Assembly: GCA_963724765.1 (NCBI GenBank)
Contig: CAVRVY010000001.1
Coordinates: 448,001-512,000, forward strand
Reading direction: 5' to 3'
From: an uncultured delta proteobacterium
Lineage (GTDB): Bacteria > Desulfobacterota > Binatia > Binatales > Binataceae
DNA length: 64,000 nt
In this document: in pieces, positions 28,463-38,553 of the stretch
How the letters are laid out: each line of letters begins with the position of its first letter
Position numbering within the stretch: the stretch's first letter is position 1
The notes under the pieces: generated by a model
The model's database searches: none
What the model was told of the DNA's origin: nothing
What the model saw: the letters and a program-made list of their open reading frames with translations, nothing else
Position numbers and translations under genes: made by a program

Positions 28463-29062
28463 ATGGAAAACGCCGGCGCACTGACCAATGGCAGCGCCGC
28501 CGGAATGAAAAAGGTCGACGACGCCGCGCGGCTGGAGCGCACGCGCAGGCGCGCCCATCTGATGGAGCGCCTGCAGCAGGGTGATGCCGATGCCTGCCGC
28601 CTTTTGCTGGACGATGTCGGTCCCGCAGTGACTCGTTTCCTGCGCGCGCGCGTCGCTGTCGACGAGGTTGAGGACGTTTACCAGGAAACCTTCATGGCGC
28701 TGTTCCAGGCGCGCCATACCTACGAGGCCGGCCGTCCGCTCGAGCCATGGTTGTTCGCGATCGCACGCAATGTCGCGGCCGACCATTCGCGGCGGCGCTG
28801 GTCGCGGGCGACTTGGGAAGAATTGACGGCCGACTTGCCCGAACGCGCAGAGGGCGACTCGCCAGCCGCTCCGCCCGAAATCGAAGAATTTCTGACCAGG
28901 CTTCCGCCGGCGCAGCGCGAGGCGTTCGAGATGCTCAAGCTCGACGGGATGACGCTGGAGGCCGCGGCCGGCCGCGCCGGCGTCACGGTGGGCGCGTTGA
29001 AGGTCCGGGCGCATCGCGCCTACAAGGCGTTGCGAAAACTGATCGGTGGAGAAAGTGACTAA
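28463..29062 (+). CDS. ECF sigma factor (SigF/ECF16-like)
   Basis: EDVYQETF, HTYE..RP..PWLFAIARN and ALKVRAHR; adjacent NrsF-like gene. Start uncertain. Confidence 0.9.
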   Translation: MENAGALTNGSAAGMKKVDDAARLERTRRRAHLMERLQQGDADACRLLLDDVGPAVTRFLRARVAVDEVEDVYQETFMALFQARHTYEAGRPLEPWLFAIARNVAADHSRRRWSRATWEELTADLPERAEGDSPAAPPEIEEFLTRLPPAQREAFEMLKLDGMTLEAAAGRAGVTVGALKVRAHRAYKALRKLIGGESD

Positions 29063-29064
29063 AA

Positions 29065-29748
29065 GTGGCTGAAGCGCCGCAAATGACCCACGCGCAGCGC
29101 CATCGCCTGCTGATCGAGGCGTTCGCCGCCAACGTCAGGCCGGTGCGGCCGCTATGGCCCGTGCGCGTGCGCCTGGGGCTTTGGCTATTGCTCGAATCGA
29201 TCGTACTGCTGTGGGTCGCGACTCATACCGCCAACGACTTCATCCGCAAGCTCGGTCATCCCGACTACGCACTCGAGGTGGCGTTTTTCGCCGCCGCCGC
29301 GACGCTCGCGGCGATGATGGCGCTGCGCGCGGCAATTCCGGGGCGGCGGGCCGGTCCGCGTGAAGTCGCGCTCTGCATCGTGCTGGTGCTGATTGGAACC
29401 GCGCTGGTGATGGTTGCCGAACCGGCACGCATCGGCTATCCGCTTGGCGAATTTTTGCACGTGGGGCTCGGCTGCGCTCTTCAGACCTGCATACTGGCCG
29501 CGCTGCCATGGATAGCGCTTTGGTGGGCGGTCAAGCGCGGTGCTCCGATGCATGGCGCCGCCGCCGGAGCATTGACCGGGGCAGCCGCGCTGCTCTTTTC
29601 GTTTGCGCTGATGCGTATAGGATGCCCGATCGACGAGCCTTTGCACCTCATTACCTGGCATCTCCTGCCCGCGCTCGCGCTTACTGCGCTATCCGCCCTG
29701 GCCGGCGCCGCGTGGCTCGGTTTTCGCGCGCGCGGTCAACGAGTATGA
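29065..29748 (+). CDS. NrsF-like (DUF1109) membrane anti-sigma factor
   Basis: Multi-TM, PVRP, conserved C, RGAP and CP.D..H..WH. Confidence 0.85.
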   Translation: MAEAPQMTHAQRHRLLIEAFAANVRPVRPLWPVRVRLGLWLLLESIVLLWVATHTANDFIRKLGHPDYALEVAFFAAAATLAAMMALRAAIPGRRAGPREVALCIVLVLIGTALVMVAEPARIGYPLGEFLHVGLGCALQTCILAALPWIALWWAVKRGAPMHGAAAGALTGAAALLFSFALMRIGCPIDEPLHLITWHLLPALALTALSALAGAAWLGFRARGQRV

Positions 29749-29789
29749 CTGAGGTATAAGCGGGGCACGACCGGGTGTGACTGCCCGAC

Positions 29790-29815
29790 GTAACTTTCCC
29801 GATGCGCGTGAGAAC
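29790..29815 (+). promoter_or_regulatory. Putative ECF (SigF-type) promoter of msrA
   Basis: GTAACT-N15-AGAAC. Confidence 0.45.
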
Positions 29816-29887
29816 CATACTGTGAGGCAAGCGCTCCCCAAAGACACGGCACGATCCGAAAAACCGGGGCTCGCGCGATCCACAATT

Positions 29888-30541
29888 ATGGTTATTCGTC
29901 GATTCCGGACTTTTGTCTTGCTCGCGCTAACTGCAGTCGCCATGCTTGCGACGGTTGCCGCTGTATCGCTGCAGGCGGCTGAAAGCGCGCCACAGAGTGC
30001 TGGTGCGCAACAGACGGCGGTCTTTGCCGGCGGGTGCTTCTGGGGCGTGGACGCCGTCTTCAAGCACGTCAAGGGCGTGGACCGGGTAATCTCCGGCTAT
30101 GCGGGAGGTGGCGCATCGACTGCGCAGTACGAGGTGGTGAGCACCGGGACGACCGGGCACGCGGAATCCGTGGAGGTCACCTACGATCCGACCCAGGTGT
30201 CGTACAGCGATCTGCTCAAGGTATTCTTTTACGCCGCGCATGATCCGACGCAGCTCAACCGGCAGGGGCCCGATTCGGGTACGCAATACCGCTCGGCGAT
30301 TTTCTTTACGAATGCGGAGCAGAAAAAGATCGCTGACGAGTATATCGCTCAACTCGATCAGACAAAGGCATTCCCCGAGCCAATCGTCACCCAGGTAGTT
30401 CCGCTCAAGGGCTTCTATCCGGCCGAAGCGTACCATCAGGATTACCTCGCGCGGCATCCCGATAATCCCTACATCGTTATCAACGACCTGCCCAAGCTCG
30501 AGCTGCTGCGCGAAAAATTCCCCCAGCTCTACAAACCGTAA
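29888..30541 (+). CDS. msrA: Peptide-methionine (S)-S-oxide reductase, with signal peptide
   Basis: GGCFWG, GHAE, RQGPD.GTQYRS and AE.YHQ motifs. Confidence 0.95.
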   Translation: MVIRRFRTFVLLALTAVAMLATVAAVSLQAAESAPQSAGAQQTAVFAGGCFWGVDAVFKHVKGVDRVISGYAGGGASTAQYEVVSTGTTGHAESVEVTYDPTQVSYSDLLKVFFYAAHDPTQLNRQGPDSGTQYRSAIFFTNAEQKKIADEYIAQLDQTKAFPEPIVTQVVPLKGFYPAEAYHQDYLARHPDNPYIVINDLPKLELLREKFPQLYKP

Positions 30542-30700
30542 ACGATCGGCGGCGATCGCCGCGCCTGACGCGCCGAACGGACCATTAGATAACCAACGGT
30601 GCGCCGGCGAGTTCTCCCGGATCCGTGTGTCTCTCTGCGCGCGTGAAACGCTAACGCCGAGTGGCCGGGTCATGCTACGCTGCGCGGCTTGAGAGGTCAC

Positions 30701-31867
30701 ATGAAAGCCATCGCTAAACGCCTTGCGCCGATCGTTAAGATCCTTCTGGCGATCCTTCTGGGAGTGGCAGCTTGTGAAGCAACGAGTGCGCTTGCCCAGA
30801 TGCCGCCCCAGGAGCAAGTCACCATCCTCGAGCTGCCGCCGGTCTCGCCGCACTGGATTGCCGCGACCTCGTTCGGCGGTTCGATAATGGTCACGCCGAT
30901 CACGCTTATCGATGGCGATTCATTACAGGTGCTAGGCATGATTACCGGCGGACTGACCGCAATGTTCGCGGCGTCACCCGACCACAAGCAGTTCTACACC
31001 GCGGACACCTTCTACTCGCGCGCGATTCGCGGCGATCGCACCGACACGGTGACGATCTATGACGCACGCAAACTCGCTCCGGCTTCCGAAATCGTGATTC
31101 CCAACAGGCGCCAGCTTGCGGTCCAGGACGCCACCGCGATGAACGTCACTCCGGACGGGCGCTTTCTGCTCTACTCGAACCTGACTCCGGCAACCTCGAT
31201 CACGGCGGTCGACCTGCAAGCCAACAAGGTCGCCGGCGAGATCCAGATTCCCGGCTGCTCTGAGGTCCTGATGCTCGGGGCGCGCGAGTTCGCCTCGGTG
31301 TGCGCCGACGGCTCGATGCTGACCACGCAATTCGACGACAACGGCAAGACCACCGAACAAAAGCGCACCGCCAAGCCGTTCTTCGACGTCGAGAAGGACC
31401 CGGTCTTCGCCTTGCCTGCGATGATTGAAAAGCAGGCTTACTTCGTCAGCTATCACGGGGTTGTTTACCCGATGGACATGTCGTCGAGTCCGTCGACCCC
31501 GGGCGATTCGTGGCCACTGGTGACTGACAAGGAAAAGCAGGAAGGTTGGCGGCCCGGCGGATGGCAGCCGGTGTCGTACCATGCCGAGGACCATCTGCTT
31601 TTTGTTTTAATGCATCGCGGCGGCGAGTGGACGCATAAGAAAGCCGGGAGCGAAGTGTGGGTGTTCAACGTGCACCAGCACAGCCGCGTCACGCGGATTC
31701 CGCTGCCCGTAGAGGCAAATTCGATTCGGGTGACCCAGGACAGCAAGCCGCTCCTGTTCGCGGCCTCCACGCGCGAGGGAGTGATACAGGTATTTTCGGC
31801 GCAGGACGGCAAATACCAGGGCAAGATCGAAGAAATGGGACAGCCGTATACTTTGTACGGTCTGTGA
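30701..31867 (+). CDS. Amine dehydrogenase heavy chain (MauB/AauB-like beta-propeller)
   Basis: YSR..RG.RTD, N.TPA.S, PGC, C.DG, WRPGGWQ, LMH and THK..G.EVWV patterns. Confidence 0.85.
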   Translation: MKAIAKRLAPIVKILLAILLGVAACEATSALAQMPPQEQVTILELPPVSPHWIAATSFGGSIMVTPITLIDGDSLQVLGMITGGLTAMFAASPDHKQFYTADTFYSRAIRGDRTDTVTIYDARKLAPASEIVIPNRRQLAVQDATAMNVTPDGRFLLYSNLTPATSITAVDLQANKVAGEIQIPGCSEVLMLGAREFASVCADGSMLTTQFDDNGKTTEQKRTAKPFFDVEKDPVFALPAMIEKQAYFVSYHGVVYPMDMSSSPSTPGDSWPLVTDKEKQEGWRPGGWQPVSYHAEDHLLFVLMHRGGEWTHKKAGSEVWVFNVHQHSRVTRIPLPVEANSIRVTQDSKPLLFAASTREGVIQVFSAQDGKYQGKIEEMGQPYTLYGL

Positions 31868-31958
31868 CCCCGAATTGACGCTCCGGAAGAATAACCCGCA
31901 AAACTAGAAGTGGCCGCGCAGAGTGACTAAGCGCAAAAGTGACTGAGAAGGAGATACG

Positions 31959-32831
31959 ATGGAAATCGGCAAGCTCGGTGCGTTCTGCTTCATGGATGCG
32001 ATGCCCGCGCCGGAGAGCGCCGCATTCTGTCGCCGGGTCGAGCGGATGGGCTACAAGGTCATCTGGTCGCCCGAGGCCTGGGGACGCGAGCCCTTCGCGC
32101 ACGGCGGCTATCTGCTCGCGAACACCGATAGTCTGATTTATGCAACCGGTATTGCCAACGTCTGGGTGCGCGATCCGCTGGCGATGGCCTCGGCGGCCAA
32201 AACGCTGGCCGAACTCGCGCCGGACCGCTTCATCCTCGGCATCGGCGTAAGCCATCGCTCGCTGGTCGAGGATCTGCGCGGGCACAAGTACGTCAAGCCC
32301 TTCAGCTATCTCAGCGAGTACATCCCGCGGATGAAATCGTCACTGTACAAGGCGGTTGCCCCCAAGGCTGAGCCGCCGCTGGTGATCGCGGCGTTGCATC
32401 CCAAATCGCTCGGCCTGGCCGCGCGCGAAGCCCAGGGCACGCATACCTACATGTGTCTCCCGCCGCATACCAAACAGGCGCGCGCCATCATGGGCCCCGA
32501 TAAATGGGTATGCGCGAGCGTGGTCGTTATCCTCGAGCGCGACGCCGCCAAGGCGCGCGCCCGCGCCCGCGAGCATCTGAGCTTTTACGCCAACCAGGAT
32601 AACTATCGCAGGATCCTGATGGCGCAGGGCTTCACGGCGGCGGATTTCGAAAACGGATGCAGCGATCGTCTGATTGATGCGGTGATCGCCTGGGGTAGCG
32701 AGGACAAGGTTAAGGAGCGGATCGATGCTCAGCTCGCGGCCGGCGCGAATCATGTTTGCCTGATGCCCTTGCGCTGCGACGATGTCGCGCTGCCCGATGA
32801 GCGTGCGCTGGAAGCATTCGCTCCGCGCTGA
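31959..32831 (+). CDS. LLM-class (F420-dependent-like) oxidoreductase
   Basis: PEAWGRE, ATGIAN, RFILGIGVSH and AGANHVC patterns. Confidence 0.88.
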   Translation: MEIGKLGAFCFMDAMPAPESAAFCRRVERMGYKVIWSPEAWGREPFAHGGYLLANTDSLIYATGIANVWVRDPLAMASAAKTLAELAPDRFILGIGVSHRSLVEDLRGHKYVKPFSYLSEYIPRMKSSLYKAVAPKAEPPLVIAALHPKSLGLAAREAQGTHTYMCLPPHTKQARAIMGPDKWVCASVVVILERDAAKARARAREHLSFYANQDNYRRILMAQGFTAADFENGCSDRLIDAVIAWGSEDKVKERIDAQLAAGANHVCLMPLRCDDVALPDERALEAFAPR

Positions 32832-32953
32832 TGCGCGCGCTCCGATGCCAGCTCGCTGATTGTGCGTCATCCGCGCGGGATTGAATGGCCATTGACGAGA
32901 TTACCGTCGTGCATAGGGCCGGATACGCTGGTGGGCGCGATCTTTCCGGCATC

Positions 32954-33562
32954 CTAACGCTCATTCATCGCGGCCTTCACACCAGGCACGGCCGATCTCA
33001 TGAAAGACACTCGACACGAGGTTTCGAGGAGGTGGGTCAAATACAGGCATTCATGCAGCGTTTCAGCCAAGGAGAACGTACCGTGGCCTCGGACCGCGAC
33101 AATTTTCGCTTCCTTTAATGCACCCGCAATCTGCACTGCATCCTCGCCCAGCCTTTCCTGGTCTCGGGATTCGAGGACTCGCGTTCGCCCGAGAGCGTCT
33201 TTGGCCTCATTATAGCTGGGAGAAATGTGGTCCTCCCAAATCCAAGTGGCCGCAATTGTGCAAGGCCCATGACAATGCAGAATGGCGCCGCGCTGGTGAT
33301 CGTTCACTCCAAGATATATGGCGCGATGAACATAAAATTCGCACGAGGCTTCGCCTCTTTCTGTCTCCCTGAAATCCATCGCGATCAGATCGGTCTCCGA
33401 ATTGAGCTCTCTCAGAGATCGTCCGGTCTTGGTAATCAGAATGTGCCGGTTGGGAAGCAAAACCGACATATTGCCCGACTTCAAAGAGTTGAGGCCGAGG
33501 TCCCACGTAGCCTGGCCGACTCTGACGAACTCGGCGCCACTAATCGAGGAATCCTGATTCAT
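32954..33562 (-). CDS. Class II aldolase/adducin family protein
   Basis: SGNMS, E..VH.AIY, HCH and RGHG motifs. Confidence 0.85.
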   Translation of the reverse strand: MNQDSSISGAEFVRVGQATWDLGLNSLKSGNMSVLLPNRHILITKTGRSLRELNSETDLIAMDFRETERGEASCEFYVHRAIYLGVNDHQRGAILHCHGPCTIAATWIWEDHISPSYNEAKDALGRTRVLESRDQERLGEDAVQIAGALKEAKIVAVRGHGTFSLAETLHECLYLTHLLETSCRVSFMRSAVPGVKAAMNER

Positions 33563-33641
33563 GATTGCGACCTCGTGCGTCTCTTCCTATAGATCGTAAA
33601 ATCGCTTCCGAGCTTGCCACGCAGGTCTGTACTTAGCGGGC

Positions 33642-35378
33642 TCAAATCGCGCGGCGCATATGCCGCTTGTTCGAGCCATTTCCGTGCCGCAGCAACAAAC
33701 CTGGCGTGAACTTCGTCGGCTCGCCATCCACGAACGTGACCTCGCCGTTGACCATGATGTAGCGGTAGCCGCGGGCGCGTTGCACGCGCCGCCATTCGCC
33801 CCCCGGAAGGTCGTGCACCACCGCGCTCGGTTCGATCCCCAAACTGGCGTAGTCGTACATGACGATATCCGCCGCATATCCTTCGCGCAGCACGCCGCGG
33901 TCCGAAAGCCCCGCGCAGGTCGCCGGCCACGTGCTCAATTTCCAATGGGCCTCCTCCAGAGTTAGCATCCCCTGGTCGCGGGTGAATGAGGCCAAAAATT
34001 CGGTCGGATAGCGTCCGCCGCAGAAGAATTTGGTGTGCGCGCCGCCGTCGGAGAGGCCCGGAATTGTATATGGATAGTTGACGACTTCCTTTAGCAGGTC
34101 CAGGCGGGTATGCGGCGGTGGCGCGTCGAACACCGTGCGCAATTCATCGGCAATCGCGATTTCGAGCATCGTATCGACGATATGCCCGTCCGTCTTCCTG
34201 CCGGCGTCCCTCAGGGTCATACCCTCCAGGTGCTTGAACCGAGGCGTAAAAACCTTTTGGATTACGAAATTCTCCAGATCCCCGGTCACCATTCGCTGAC
34301 CGTCGGCGTAATCCCTGAGTTTCGCGCGGCGACATGGGTCACTCAGCTTCATCAGCCGCTCCTGAGTGCTGCCCAGGGTGGCCTCGCGCCAGGCTTCGGA
34401 GTCGTCAAACAGGTTCCAGTCCGCAAAAGTAAAGGTGAAGCTGGTGGTGTTGGTATGAGCCTGCGGATAGACGCGCAGTCCCCTGGCATGGCAGTGGTCG
34501 AACCAGGCAATCAGAAATCGATGGATTTGCGGTTCGCGATCAAATGAGACGAGCGCCTGGTAGAGCAGCGGGCGCCGGCTCAGTTCGGCGAGGGTCTCGA
34601 TCTCTTTCAGATCGTGAAAGGGATCCGCGGTGGCCATCGACAGTTGCATAAAACCCGAATTGCGCCGGCCGAGTTCGCGGGCTAGGTTGCGGCAGGTTTC
34701 GTCGCCCATTACGTCGGTGACCATTGGCGTGCCGTCATAATCGCGCTGGAGGCACACCGGACCGTCCGGGTGCAGACGCTGCGCCGACCAACCGCATCCG
34801 CCGGCGTCCATCGCTTCGCTGAAGAGGCGAACTATCTCGCGCTCTTCGGCGGCGGTGGGCGTCCGATGCTTGGCCTCCTCGGGACTTCCTATGACCCACG
34901 TGATGAGCGGACCGAGCGGGACACACGGCAGCAGATTGACGGCCTTGGGCTGGCGATCCAGGCTGTCGAGAAACTGCGGAAACGTCACCCAATCCCACGG
35001 CAGACCGGCCTTCATCGAGGCATACGGAATGGACTCCAGGCGAGTCATGGTAAGCATCGCACGCTCGCGCTGTTCCGGCCGCACCGGGGCGAAGCCGAAG
35101 CCGCAATTGCCGATCGCGACCGAGGTCACGCCATGCCATCCCGAAATCGAGCAGTGGGGATCCCAAAAAACCTGCGCGTCGTAGTGAGTGTGCAGGTCGA
35201 TGAATCCAGGTGCGACAATCAAGCCGGAAGCATCGATCTCGCTGGCGCCTTCACCGGCGTCCAAGTTGCCAATCTCGGCAATCCTCCCATCCTTGATTCC
35301 GAGGTCGCCGCGATAACGGGGCGCGCGGGTCCCGTCGATGATCATGCCGTTCTTAACGACCGTGTCGAACCTGGGCAT
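33642..35378 (-). CDS. N-acyl-D-amino-acid deacylase family amidohydrolase
   Basis: PGFIDLHTHYD, GNCG and SDGGAH motifs. Confidence 0.9.
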   Translation of the reverse strand: MPRFDTVVKNGMIIDGTRAPRYRGDLGIKDGRIAEIGNLDAGEGASEIDASGLIVAPGFIDLHTHYDAQVFWDPHCSISGWHGVTSVAIGNCGFGFAPVRPEQRERAMLTMTRLESIPYASMKAGLPWDWVTFPQFLDSLDRQPKAVNLLPCVPLGPLITWVIGSPEEAKHRTPTAAEEREIVRLFSEAMDAGGCGWSAQRLHPDGPVCLQRDYDGTPMVTDVMGDETCRNLARELGRRNSGFMQLSMATADPFHDLKEIETLAELSRRPLLYQALVSFDREPQIHRFLIAWFDHCHARGLRVYPQAHTNTTSFTFTFADWNLFDDSEAWREATLGSTQERLMKLSDPCRRAKLRDYADGQRMVTGDLENFVIQKVFTPRFKHLEGMTLRDAGRKTDGHIVDTMLEIAIADELRTVFDAPPPHTRLDLLKEVVNYPYTIPGLSDGGAHTKFFCGGRYPTEFLASFTRDQGMLTLEEAHWKLSTWPATCAGLSDRGVLREGYAADIVMYDYASLGIEPSAVVHDLPGGEWRRVQRARGYRYIMVNGEVTFVDGEPTKFTPGLLLRHGNGSNKRHMRRAI

Positions 35379-36149
35379 TCACTGGTCCTCTGCGGTTCGG
35401 GACTAAACCGCTATCGACAATCTGTGACTTTTATCTAGGACTTCCATTTCACTCTGATTTCGGGCTGACACCAACGGCCTGCCTGTTCGTTTGTACCAAT
35501 AACCTTCGGCAGCAGCGAAGCCCCCGACACATCGGGATATCGCTCATTTTTCCATAGAATGCCGAAAATTGAGGGCCGGTTGGCGCAGAGGGGGGCTGAA
35601 TCTGGGGCCAGCCAGAGCGCTTTCGGTGTCGTTGAAGCTTAGCGCAGGCATAGCCGGGGCATCGCTGCCGGCAGGAACAACCGCCTCCTAGCGCTATAGA
35701 CGAACAATTAGCTCACCCTTTCCGACGTTGCGCAACGCCGACTTTCGGTCGCGACAGAGAACACGCCGACCGGGCAGGGTTGAGCTGTGACCGCTCGGTC
35801 AACGTGCGCTATCTCTGTACGTCCTGGAGCTTGGGCAGTTTCTGCTGTCATGAGCGCGCCCAACTCGCAAAAATGGGAGAGATCGGCGGATCGAAACCCG
35901 TCTCCTCCTTGCGCCGAAGTCGAACATACGGTGCGGTCCGCTCGTGTCGGTTCCTGCACCGATGGCGTTCGCTGTACCTTCTGAAAAGTCACGCTTGAAA
36001 AAAGGATCGCGAGAATCGTAAGCTCCGGCAAGTCTAGTCGAGATTCGACGAGCACGGTAACGTGCTCCAGGGCTGAGCCGCGCGCGAGGCCGCGGGTCCC
36101 GCTGCCTCGGTTCGCCGCTCGCAGGCATGACAGCAAAACGGAGCACGCC

Positions 36150-36833
36150 ATGACATCGAAGCCTGCCGAATTCCGAGCCGACGAGGCGGCCCTGGTGATC
36201 ATCGACACCCAGGAAAAATGGGTGCCCATGATACCCAACCGGCACACGGTGATTGCCAACATGCGGACCCTGATCAAGTTGGCTCGATGCTTCGAGATGC
36301 CGATCGTGGTGGCGGAGCATCTGCCGTGGGTGATCGGCGAGACGGTGAAGGAGTTGCGCGAGCTCCTGGATTCCAAAACACCAGTCATTAAAAAGATCGT
36401 TTACAATACCTTCGACGATCCGCGCTTCGCCCAGGCGATCGAGCGGACTGGGCGCAAGCAGCTTCTGTTCTGCGGCATCGAGACTCATGTCTGCCTTGGA
36501 CTTCCCGCGCTGGAGGCGGTACGGCGCGGCTACCAGGTTTTCGTGGCGGCGGATTGCACGGGGGCTCAAACGGAGACCGATCGCGATATCGCGTTCCAAC
36601 GTTTCTGGCAGGCGGGGATCGTCCCCACCACCTGGAACACCATAGCTTTCGAAGGGTTGCGCAATATCGAGCTGCACGAAGGCATTCCGGCCAACGCGCG
36701 GTCGCAGGGAGTAAGCAACATTTGGCTCGAGGCGCTGCCTCACGTGCTAAATCAGTTCGCCTATCAGGCCGACAAAGACCCCGCCCGCCAGAGCGCGCCG
36801 CAGGCGTCACCCGGTCGGCGGCGCAGCGCTTAG
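36150..36833 (+). CDS. Isochorismatase family hydrolase
   Basis: IIDTQEK and GIETHVC motifs. Confidence 0.85.
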   Translation: MTSKPAEFRADEAALVIIDTQEKWVPMIPNRHTVIANMRTLIKLARCFEMPIVVAEHLPWVIGETVKELRELLDSKTPVIKKIVYNTFDDPRFAQAIERTGRKQLLFCGIETHVCLGLPALEAVRRGYQVFVAADCTGAQTETDRDIAFQRFWQAGIVPTTWNTIAFEGLRNIELHEGIPANARSQGVSNIWLEALPHVLNQFAYQADKDPARQSAPQASPGRRRSA

Positions 36834-36872
36834 TCCAAGGCCGGCCGCAAGGAGCGAGAAGGACGCAAGCTC

Positions 36873-37364
36873 ATGGCCAGCGACCCGCCAGGCGATCGCA
36901 AACCACCATCGGCGCCGCCGCCGAGTGGCGAAGGTCACCTCCGCACCGTCCATCACGAAGGCTACGACCCCGGCATCAAGTCTCTGTTCGTGCCCGCGAT
37001 CAAGGTCGAGGCCGGCAAACTGGTATTTATCTCGGGCGTGACCTGCGCGCCGGTCTATCATCAGCATCCGCATCGGCCGGAAGACTTCGACGCGATACCC
37101 TCCGACGCTGCCGGACAAGCCGCGATAACCTACCGCCACCTGGGCCAGGCACTCGCCGCTGCAGGCTGCAAGCCTTCGCATGTGGTTTCGCTCACCCGCT
37201 TTCTGACCAATCTGGCCGAGGATCAGGACGCTATCAACCGTGTCCAGGGCGAGTTCTTCAACGGCCATCTGCCTACCAGCACCACGGTGGAAGTAAACCG
37301 GATGGCCACTGATCCGCGAATCAGACTTGAGATCCAGGCAATCGCGGTGGCTCCTCCCTCATAG
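36873..37364 (+). CDS. RidA family protein
   Basis: VFISG, PTST.VEV and LEIQAIA motifs. Confidence 0.85.
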   Translation: MASDPPGDRKPPSAPPPSGEGHLRTVHHEGYDPGIKSLFVPAIKVEAGKLVFISGVTCAPVYHQHPHRPEDFDAIPSDAAGQAAITYRHLGQALAAAGCKPSHVVSLTRFLTNLAEDQDAINRVQGEFFNGHLPTSTTVEVNRMATDPRIRLEIQAIAVAPPS

Positions 37365-37864
37365 AAATTTCTCGGAAATTTCTCGCCTGGTTGAGGGCGC
37401 TCAAGTTGCTCAGTGACGGCGGCAAGCGGAAAGCGTCCCCACGTCGCCACGTGATGATCACCTGCGTCGTCCCGATGCAGATTAGACCGCGCGGCGCCGG
37501 GGTGCGTTTCGTCATCAAAGCAAATGGCTTGGCCTGCGCCGCACGCCGATCGCGCCGCTGAAAGCTGTTAACGGGCGCATTAATTTTCGACCCAGGAAAC
37601 GTCAACCGCCCAATCGCCTCACATAACGCACCTCGAACCGTTTCGCGCGGTTAAAATTCGCGTATGAGCGCGGGCCTATTGAATTGTTAATCTTACAATT
37701 CAGGCTCATCGCTTTTGTCCGAAACGCATTGACTTATTGATGCGATAATCGATCCCCTATGCTTAAACAGGGGCGTATGTCTAGGATCGTCAGCTTTGTG
37801 ACGGCGTGCGCACAGGCTGAGTCCAGCGCGCGACTATTCGCAAACGCTCAAAGGGAGAAAGCGA

Positions 37865-38509
37865 ATGAGAACCACGCTTAACACGGTTGTGGTCGGACTG
37901 GGTCTGCTTATTGTCACAAGCAGTGCGTGGGGCCAGACGGAACCTGGAGTGGTATCAGGAAGACCTGGCAAATGTAAGCCAATAGTCAATGCGGCCTTGA
38001 TGATATCGGGTGGTGAGAAGCTCCAATGCACTTTTGGCAATATCGATGATGTTTATGTTGTCGCAGTAAATGTATCAACTAAATCAAAACCTCGTAGGTA
38101 CATACTAAGCAGCGCCGAGGGCTGCGTGGTGCTGCCTATCACAGCAGCGCTCGGGACGCATATAGAGGTGACAGGGGTTTTGCAGGATACCGACGCAGAG
38201 CCGGGAGCTAGCGGCCTTAGCGACAGCGCATCCTCCGTTAGCGAGAATTGCTTCAATGTCGAGGGATTTTCGGTCGGACTGGGAGCTAACAGCCAATCTG
38301 AATACAATCCGCAAGATCCCGCCAATATCATTAACGCTCAGGGATATGGTTTTTTTTGGTATGACTCCGACAGCGATTTGAAACCGGGACCGTACGATTA
38401 TACGGTCGTGGGCTGCTCGGGGCACTCCTGTCCAACTAAAGCGACGTACTACAACACTGACAGCTTACCGGTTCCACCGGCCTGCGCAGTATTAGACCCA
38501 CTTTCATAA
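37865..38509 (+). CDS. Secreted Cys-containing hypothetical protein
   Basis: Signal peptide (AWG), GGGAGA RBS, visibly lower GC than flanks. Confidence 0.65.
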   Translation: MRTTLNTVVVGLGLLIVTSSAWGQTEPGVVSGRPGKCKPIVNAALMISGGEKLQCTFGNIDDVYVVAVNVSTKSKPRRYILSSAEGCVVLPITAALGTHIEVTGVLQDTDAEPGASGLSDSASSVSENCFNVEGFSVGLGANSQSEYNPQDPANIINAQGYGFFWYDSDSDLKPGPYDYTVVGCSGHSCPTKATYYNTDSLPVPPACAVLDPLS

Positions 38510-38553
38510 AAAAACTGATTTCTGATGTTGCGCTTTGTCATCGAGTTCGGGTT

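Noticed and set aside
35380-36149. Long intergenic region with short ORFs
   Set aside because: No motif, repeat or RNA family recognised.
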